Assembly (NCBI GenBank): GCA_052390515.1
Contig: JBQTGV010000102.1
Location: 1-13,240, forward strand
Direction: 5' to 3'
DNA: 13,240 nucleotides
Source: Candidatus Eiseniibacteriota bacterium
GTDB taxonomy: Bacteria; ARS69
Numbering within the stretch: the stretch's first letter is position 1; each line of letters begins with the position of its first letter. This document shows, one piece after another, positions 1 through 5,503 of this stretch. Below the pieces are notes generated by a model. It saw only the letters and a list, made by a program, of their open reading frames with translations. It ran no database searches and was not told the DNA's origin. The position numbers and the translations under genes are program-made.

Positions 1-313
1 GCGTTGCGTCCCGGCCGCGCGATGCCGACCCCGAGCGCAACGATCAGCCAGAGCAACGAGGCCTGCAGCAGCAGGAACCCGACGATCTTCATCCAGGCGA
101 AGCCGGGGTGGACGAGGCGGACGAGCCAGCCGCCGGCCTCGTCGGTGAGCGCGCTTCCGAAGGCGATGCAGACGAGGCCGGCGGCTGGCTCGTCCGCCTC
201 GTCCACCCCGGCTTCGCCTGGATGAAGATCGTCGGGTTCCTGCTGCTGCAGGCCTCGTTGCTCGGGCTGATCGTTGCGCTCGGGGTCGGCATCGCGCGGC
301 CGGGACGCAACGC
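1..313. repeat. Long inverted repeat (fold-back palindrome): 143-bp arms at 1-143 and 171-313, 27-nt loop at 144-170
   Basis: Base i pairs with base 314-i along both arms, with one mismatch seen (50 A vs 264 G). This explains the mirror-image ORFs 4..225(+) and 89..310(-). Confidence 0.97.
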
Positions 314-356
314 CTACGCGGACAGCGAGTCGCGCACGCTTCGACCCGGCCCGTGA
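171..356 (+). CDS. 3' fragment of a hypothetical integral membrane protein, 5' part lost at the fold-back junction
   Basis: Frame of ORF 108..356 reads DEAGGWLVRLVHPGFAWMKIVGFLLLQASLLGLIVALGVGIARPGRNAYADSESRTLRPGP*, with a hydrophobic TM segment and GC3-rich codons. The inverted loop read on the minus strand gives a plausible upstream continuation, GLVCIAFGSALT-DEAGGW. Confidence 0.6.
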   Translation, partial: DEAGGWLVRLVHPGFAWMKIVGFLLLQASLLGLIVALGVGIARPGRNAYADSESRTLRPGP

Positions 357-363
357 GCCGCGC

Positions 364-1173
364 TCAGCTCGGCGCCCCGCAGACGATGACCTCGTGCCCC
401 TCGTCGACCAGGACGTTCCCCTCGAACAGATCCCAGTCGTAGCCGCCCTGCCCGTCGTACACCGCGTCGACCCTCCAGCCCTCCACGACGACGCCGGCCG
501 TACCCGAAGGACAGCCGCCCGCGGACGGCACGGTGAGAGCGGCCGTCCAGGACATGGCGAACGCGAGCTCGCCGCCCGAGCCCTGCCCGGACAGCGCGAA
601 CGACACGCCCACGTCGCCGTCGCCGTCCAGCGTGTACGGGCCGGCGGGCAGACCGGCGACGAGGATGCCCAGCGCGAAGTCCAGCGTGAGATCCAGCGTC
701 GAGCCCTGATCCTGCGCGTGCGCGTCGAGGAAGTAGTCCAGGACGAGTTCCATCGAGGCCGTCGTGGAGTCCGGATTCTGTTGGGAGACCCCGCCCGCAT
801 CACGAAAGCGGATCAGGAAGTACACGTCGTACGAGGCCGTTCCGCTCGAGTCAGTCTCCGTGCCCTCGACGTCCACGACCCACGCGCCCTGCGCCGGATC
901 CCACGCCGCCGCCGCGTCGCGCTGCAGGGTCCCTCCCTCGGGCAGCCCGAGGTCCCCGGAGACGCCACTGAAGTCGCCGGCGGCCATCTCGTCGATGCCG
1001 TCCACGAGCCCGTTCACGAAGTCGAACGTGGCCAGGGCTTGCTCCTGCACGGTCTCGGCGTCGAGCTCGACGTCGTCGCCGGCCCCCGTGGGGCCAGCGT
1101 CCTTTTTGTCGCACCCCCCCGTCACGGCGAAGAGCGCGAGAGCGATGAGCCGGACGAGATCGCTGGTTTTCAT
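364..1173 (-). CDS. Hypothetical acidic exported protein, probable lipoprotein (269 aa)
   Basis: ATG at 1173 preferred over GTG at 1185, with purine-rich GGAAGAA upstream. MKTSDLVRLIALALFAVTGG-C is a signal peptide II-like N-terminus. The Asp/Gly-rich mature part has beta-strand-like segments and strong GC3 bias. Confidence 0.8.
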   Translation of the reverse strand: MKTSDLVRLIALALFAVTGGCDKKDAGPTGAGDDVELDAETVQEQALATFDFVNGLVDGIDEMAAGDFSGVSGDLGLPEGGTLQRDAAAAWDPAQGAWVVDVEGTETDSSGTASYDVYFLIRFRDAGGVSQQNPDSTTASMELVLDYFLDAHAQDQGSTLDLTLDFALGILVAGLPAGPYTLDGDGDVGVSFALSGQGSGGELAFAMSWTAALTVPSAGGCPSGTAGVVVEGWRVDAVYDGQGGYDWDLFEGNVLVDEGHEVIVCGAPS

Positions 1174-1348
1174 CGGTTCTTCCACACAGGGATCGGGGCC
1201 TTCCGGAAGTCATCGGCCTGCATCGACGAGGCCCTGAACCCCGTTGACGGATTCGCCCCGGTATTCCCATCATCCCCCGTTTCTCTGTGTTCCGGGCTCG
1301 TTCGACGGCCGTGCGGGCGGGCCCCTTCGCGTCGAAAAGGAGACGTCG

Positions 1349-2503
1349 GTGCCGATTCCGAGAGGGCTTCTTGCGGTCGCACTCGTCCTGGTGGCCGGCA
1401 GCGTGGCCCACGCCACCCCGCGCTACTCCGCGATCGTCGGACAGGACTGCAACCTGTGCCACATCAACCCCACTGGCGGGGGACTGCGGGACCCCTACTC
1501 GAGTCAGTACCTCCTGCCCACCCGCCTCGCCATGCAGATCGGCGGACGCTCCGACGAGGCGATCGCCAATCCCCAGATCAGCGACGATCTGGTCGTCGGT
1601 GCGGACCTTCGCACCATGTGGCTGTGGCAGGAGAACAAGGACGCTGGGAACAACTTCCGCGCGATGCAGGGATCGCTCTACTTCGCGCTCGGGCTCGGGG
1701 ATCCGCGCTACAAGATCTACGTGCACCAGGAGTTCGGACAGCGGGACGTCAACGTCGAGGCCTTCGGTCTCGCCTACATCCTCCCCGCCAACGGCTACGT
1801 GAAGGCCGGGCGAATCGTGCCCGCGTTCGGCTGGAAGGTGGCGGATCATCGAGCCTTCGCGCGCCGTGACTTCGTCTTCCTGCCGCAGTTCCCCCCGCAC
1901 AGCGACACGGGCGTGGAGATCGGTTTGTATCCCGCGGACTTCACCTTCGAGGCCTCGGTGACCAACGGGCAGTTCCAGAGCCCGGTGGACGCCAACGACA
2001 GCGTGGCGCTGGCCGGGCGGACCTCCTGGAAGTGGACCCGTGAGCCGTTCCACGTCGTCGTGGGCGGCTCGTGGTACCACAACGAGGCCGTCAACGAGGA
2101 TCTGGATGCCGTCGGTCCCCTGGCCGCGGCCCGCTGGGGCCGGCTCCGCTGGTTCGGGGAGGCCGACTGGACCCGCCGGGAAGCGGCTCCCGTGGAAACT
2201 TCGCCCACCGTCTGGGGGTTCGTGACCTCCAACGAGCTCTCCCTCCAGCTCGTCCAGGGACTGGATGTCGTCGCCACGTACGACTTCTACGATCCCGACA
2301 CGGACCTCGAGACGGGTGCGGCGCACCGAATCGGGGTCGGCATGGATGCGCTCGCCCGTTCGTTCGTCCACCTTTCCGCGAAGGTGAACCTCTTCTCCTT
2401 CGACAACGGAGCCACGGTCGAATCGATCTTCGAACCCGGCTCGACCGACGGTACGGTGGACGGATTCACGCAGGCCGAGCTGACCGTTCACTTCCTGTAC
2501 TGA
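1349..2503 (+). CDS. Monoheme cytochrome c / outer-membrane beta-barrel fusion with Cyc2-like architecture (384 aa)
   Basis: GTG at 1349 follows SD AAAAGGAGA. Signal peptide ends ...GSVAHA. The mature N-terminus TPRYSAIVGQDCNLCHINPTGGG has a single CxxCH (1448-1462). The rest has amphipathic beta-strands and the C-terminus ELTVHFLY fits a BAM beta-signal. Confidence 0.82.
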   Translation: MPIPRGLLAVALVLVAGSVAHATPRYSAIVGQDCNLCHINPTGGGLRDPYSSQYLLPTRLAMQIGGRSDEAIANPQISDDLVVGADLRTMWLWQENKDAGNNFRAMQGSLYFALGLGDPRYKIYVHQEFGQRDVNVEAFGLAYILPANGYVKAGRIVPAFGWKVADHRAFARRDFVFLPQFPPHSDTGVEIGLYPADFTFEASVTNGQFQSPVDANDSVALAGRTSWKWTREPFHVVVGGSWYHNEAVNEDLDAVGPLAAARWGRLRWFGEADWTRREAAPVETSPTVWGFVTSNELSLQLVQGLDVVATYDFYDPDTDLETGAAHRIGVGMDALARSFVHLSAKVNLFSFDNGATVESIFEPGSTDGTVDGFTQAELTVHFLY

Positions 2504-2528
2504 GGCACCAGGGAAAGCGAGGGATCCG

Positions 2529-3155
2529 GTGAAGCAGCTGACGATCGCGCTCCTCACGTCGACGACATTCGCCACCGCGGCGCTCGCCGAGCCGTTCCGG
2601 ATCGGACCGGAGGCCGGAGAGTGTCTCGTCGTGTTCGAGTCGAGCGCGCCCATGGAGACGTTCGAGGGACGGACCGGCCGGGTGAGCGGGACCGTGGAGC
2701 TGGATCCGGCCGCGCTCGCGGAGACGCTCGCGCTGACGGTGGAGGTCGACATGGCGAGCCTCGACACCGGCATCGGCATGCGGAACACGCACATGTGCGA
2801 GAACCACCTGCACACCGAGCGCTTTCCCAAGGCGATGTTCACCGCGGCGAAGATCGTCGATGGCGCCGGCGCGAGCCTGCTCGACGGCAGGCCGCACGCG
2901 CTCACCGTGCAGGGCACGATGAACCTGCACGGCGTGACCCGTACCGTGGAGATTCCTCTGCGTCTCACGCGGAGCGAGGGTCCAGGCGGCGCCCGGCTGC
3001 ACATCGAGAGCTCGTTCGAGATCAGCCTCGCCGACTACGAGATCCCGCGGCCGAAGTTCCTGGTGATGAAGCTCAACGAGGTCCAGAAGGTGCGCGTGGA
3101 CCTGTGGGCGGCTCCCGGCGCGCCCGAAGTGGTCGAGCGGGAGGCCGCTTCCTGA
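2529..3155 (+). CDS. yceI: YceI-family periplasmic polyisoprenoid/lipid-binding protein (208 aa)
   Basis: Signal peptide MKQLTIALLTSTTFATAALA. YceI-type motifs are SLDTGIGMRNTHM..LHTERFPKAMF, LTVQGTMNLHGVTRTV and FEISLADYEI. Confidence 0.9.
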   Translation: MKQLTIALLTSTTFATAALAEPFRIGPEAGECLVVFESSAPMETFEGRTGRVSGTVELDPAALAETLALTVEVDMASLDTGIGMRNTHMCENHLHTERFPKAMFTAAKIVDGAGASLLDGRPHALTVQGTMNLHGVTRTVEIPLRLTRSEGPGGARLHIESSFEISLADYEIPRPKFLVMKLNEVQKVRVDLWAAPGAPEVVEREAAS

Positions 3156-5053
3156 TTCGCGGGGCGCTCGCCGCGCTGGCGGCGGCGTCCACCCTCGCCC
3201 CGAGCGCGCCGCCGAGCCCGGCCGCCGCCGATCCGGTCGCGCGCGTCACCGAAGCGCTGGCGGCCCGCGGCTTCGAGAACGTCGTCGTGCAGACCGCCGG
3301 CACGTCGCTGACGGTCTGGTACGAGAACCGCGTCCTGCGGGACGAGCTCGCCGCCATGGGCGAGGTCGCGCGGCTCGTCCTCGATCAGGCGGGCCCGGCG
3401 CGGACGCTTCGCCTCGTCCCCGAGAGCTACGGCGTCCCCACGCTCTCCGTCCGCGCGGCCGCCGCGGACTGGCGCGCTTTCCTGGAGGGCCGTGCCGGAG
3501 CGGAGTGGTTCCGCGGGCGAGTCGAGGTGCTCGCCGCGGACGGTGCTCCGTCGGCGCGGGCCGTGCCGGGCCCCCGAACCCACGCCTCCACCGGGCGATT
3601 CGACCTTCGCCTCCGCCCCCTCTTCGACTTCGAGCTGGGCATCGCCGACGATCCGTTTCGATCGTCCTCGCGGGTGGCGGTGGAGGCAGTCGGGTGCCTC
3701 CTGCCCGGCACCGTGCTGACCCTGCAGCTCCCGGTCCGCGTCCACGACAGCCTGGACTCGTCGACGCCGAGGATCGCGCCGGGGAGGAACACGCTCTCGT
3801 GGGGCGGATGGCTGCCGGGCGGGCTTCTCGGAACGGCCTCCGGTGGCCTCTTCGCCGGGGACCGTTGGGGATTCGGCGGCGAGATCGGCCGACTCGCCGC
3901 GGAGGGCGCTTTCGAGCTGCGCGCCGGCGCGGACTGGACCGGCCTGCTCGACTTCAACCGCGACGTCACGTTCTACAGCAGCCTCGACGCCTGGTCCGGC
4001 TTCGTCGCGCTGACCCATCGCCCGGAGGAGGTCGACCTCGAGGCCACCGTGGCCGTCGCGCGCTTCCTGGATGGAGATCCCGGAGTGCGCGTCGACCTCG
4101 ACCGGCGCTTCCAGGAATCCGAGCTCGGCTTCTTCGTCATCGACACGCGCGTGGATACGGTCCTGGGAGTCACGCTGCGCCTTCCGCTGCCGGCTGCCCG
4201 GCTCCCGCGCCCGTCCCCGGTTCGGCTCGCCACCGTCCCCGAGTTCCCGTTCGAGTACCGGGAATCGCTGAACGAGATCGGCCAGCAGGCCCGGCCCCAC
4301 GACGACCTCGACCGGCTACGCAAACGGCTCTACCCCACGTGGGTACGGAACCAGGTGGGGCGCATGGTCGATCCGGCGGGCCAGCCCGTCCTCCAGCACC
4401 GGAAGGCCGCACCCGCTCCCGGGGCCACCCTCCACGGCATGACCGGCCTGGTGATCGTGCCGACCGCCGCGGTGCTGCCCGACGGCGCCATCCGGTTCGG
4501 AGCCGGCTTCGTGGAGCGAGAGTGGGCCTACCAGGGGCGTGACGACATGGACAACGAGGTCTGGTTCCTCGCCGTCGGCTTCCTGCCGCGCGTCGAGGCC
4601 TCCATCCGGGCGACCGTGCTTCCGGAGCTTTCCCTGCTCGAGGGCCAGGAGGCCCCTGCCGTGGACCGGCTGGCCAGCGCCAGGGTCCTCCTCCTCGAAG
4701 AGCGCGGGCTCCGGCCCGCCGTCGCGGCCGGCATCGATGACGTCCGCGGGACGCGCCTCTACCATTCGCTCTACCTGGTGGGGACGAAGTCGTTCCGGGT
4801 GGGACCGCCGACCTTCCGCGCGACGCTGGGCTACGGGGCCGACCCGATCCAGGCGAACCTCCACGTGCTTCGCGGGGTCTTCGGCGGCGTCGAGGCAGAG
4901 GTCGGCCCGTGGGCTCGCGCGCTGCTTGACTTCGACACGGAAAAGTGGAACTCTGGCGTCGCTCTGACCGCGTTCGGTCGCCTGAGTGCGCAATTCGTTC
5001 TCTTGCATCTGGATACGCCGTCAGGGGCACTCGCGTGGACTCACCGCTTCTAG
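3152..5053 (+). CDS. YjbH/GfcD-like outer-membrane protein (exopolysaccharide / group 4 capsule-associated family); start uncertain (CTG 3152 or GTG 3104)
   Basis: An Ala-rich signal peptide is followed by LAARGFENV..WYENR and then GLFAGDRWGFGGE..ARFLDGDPGVRVDLDRRF. YjbH-type motifs come later: GMTGLVIVPTA, FLPRVEASIR, RPAVAAGIDD..SLYLVGTK, GVFGGVE. C-terminal LAWTHRF is a beta-signal. The part of the ORF before about 3100 overlaps yceI out of frame. Confidence 0.8.
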   Translation: MIRGALAALAAASTLAPSAPPSPAAADPVARVTEALAARGFENVVVQTAGTSLTVWYENRVLRDELAAMGEVARLVLDQAGPARTLRLVPESYGVPTLSVRAAAADWRAFLEGRAGAEWFRGRVEVLAADGAPSARAVPGPRTHASTGRFDLRLRPLFDFELGIADDPFRSSSRVAVEAVGCLLPGTVLTLQLPVRVHDSLDSSTPRIAPGRNTLSWGGWLPGGLLGTASGGLFAGDRWGFGGEIGRLAAEGAFELRAGADWTGLLDFNRDVTFYSSLDAWSGFVALTHRPEEVDLEATVAVARFLDGDPGVRVDLDRRFQESELGFFVIDTRVDTVLGVTLRLPLPAARLPRPSPVRLATVPEFPFEYRESLNEIGQQARPHDDLDRLRKRLYPTWVRNQVGRMVDPAGQPVLQHRKAAPAPGATLHGMTGLVIVPTAAVLPDGAIRFGAGFVEREWAYQGRDDMDNEVWFLAVGFLPRVEASIRATVLPELSLLEGQEAPAVDRLASARVLLLEERGLRPAVAAGIDDVRGTRLYHSLYLVGTKSFRVGPPTFRATLGYGADPIQANLHVLRGVFGGVEAEVGPWARALLDFDTEKWNSGVALTAFGRLSAQFVLLHLDTPSGALAWTHRF

Positions 5054-5137
5054 CGGGATCCGCGTTCCGGGTGCAAAGTGAAGCCGTTGCTCCAAGTCCG
5101 TCCCCGCGGCGAGCAACCATCGATCGGAGAGTCGCCC

Positions 5138-5503
5138 ATGATTCAGTTCGTCACGACTACACGCTCCTTCGCCCTGCCATTGCTCGTGATCGGGCTCGTG
5201 AACCTCGCCGGCATGTCGGAGTGCTCGCGCGTCGGCAGCTCGGTCACGGATCCGGATTCGAGTCCGGAGCTCGGGTCGCCGTCCCGCGACGAGTGCGTCG
5301 AGCAGTGCAACCTCGCGGCGAAGGAGGCACTCCTCGCCGAGGGCGAGCTGCACGACACCAACTTGTTGGAATGCGACGGGGATCCAGCCTGCATCGACCA
5401 GGAGCGTGAACGCCACACGGCGGTGATGCTCGACATTCGCGCGGACTACCGCGAATGCGTCGAGAGCTGCCACGATCAGGGTGGTGGAAGCGGAGGCGAG
5501 TAG
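5138..5503 (+). CDS. Small exported Cys-rich protein, possible lipoprotein (121 aa)
   Basis: ATG at 5138 follows GGAGAG. The hydrophobic N-terminus ends in LAGMSE-C. The mature part has the pattern CxxxC-x21-C-x5-C-x21-CxxxCH. Confidence 0.8.
   Translation: MIQFVTTTRSFALPLLVIGLVNLAGMSECSRVGSSVTDPDSSPELGSPSRDECVEQCNLAAKEALLAEGELHDTNLLECDGDPACIDQERERHTAVMLDIRADYRECVESCHDQGGGSGGE

Noticed and set aside
4-310. Twin 73-aa ORFs on opposite strands as a duplicated gene pair
   Set aside because: They are antisense readings of the membrane-protein fragment, mirrored by the palindrome.
1244-1273. Sigma70 promoter TTGACG-N18-CATCAT for the cytochrome-porin operon
   Set aside because: Good -35, but the -10 is weak and the spacer suboptimal, so it is not supportable without TSS data.
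851-3004. Long antisense or alternative-frame ORFs (e.g. 851..3004, 274..1869, 3035..4300, 8197..10098, 12415..13209)
   Set aside because: Shadows of well-supported genes in GC-rich DNA, with no recognisable motifs.
2621-3103. N-terminal extension of the 810-aa ORF
   Set aside because: Off-frame overlap with yceI, with low-complexity Arg/His-rich translation.
5086-5117. 7-bp inverted repeat GTTGCTC-N18-GAGCAAC before the Cys-rich gene
   Set aside because: Short stem, long loop and no U-tract, so it could be chance.
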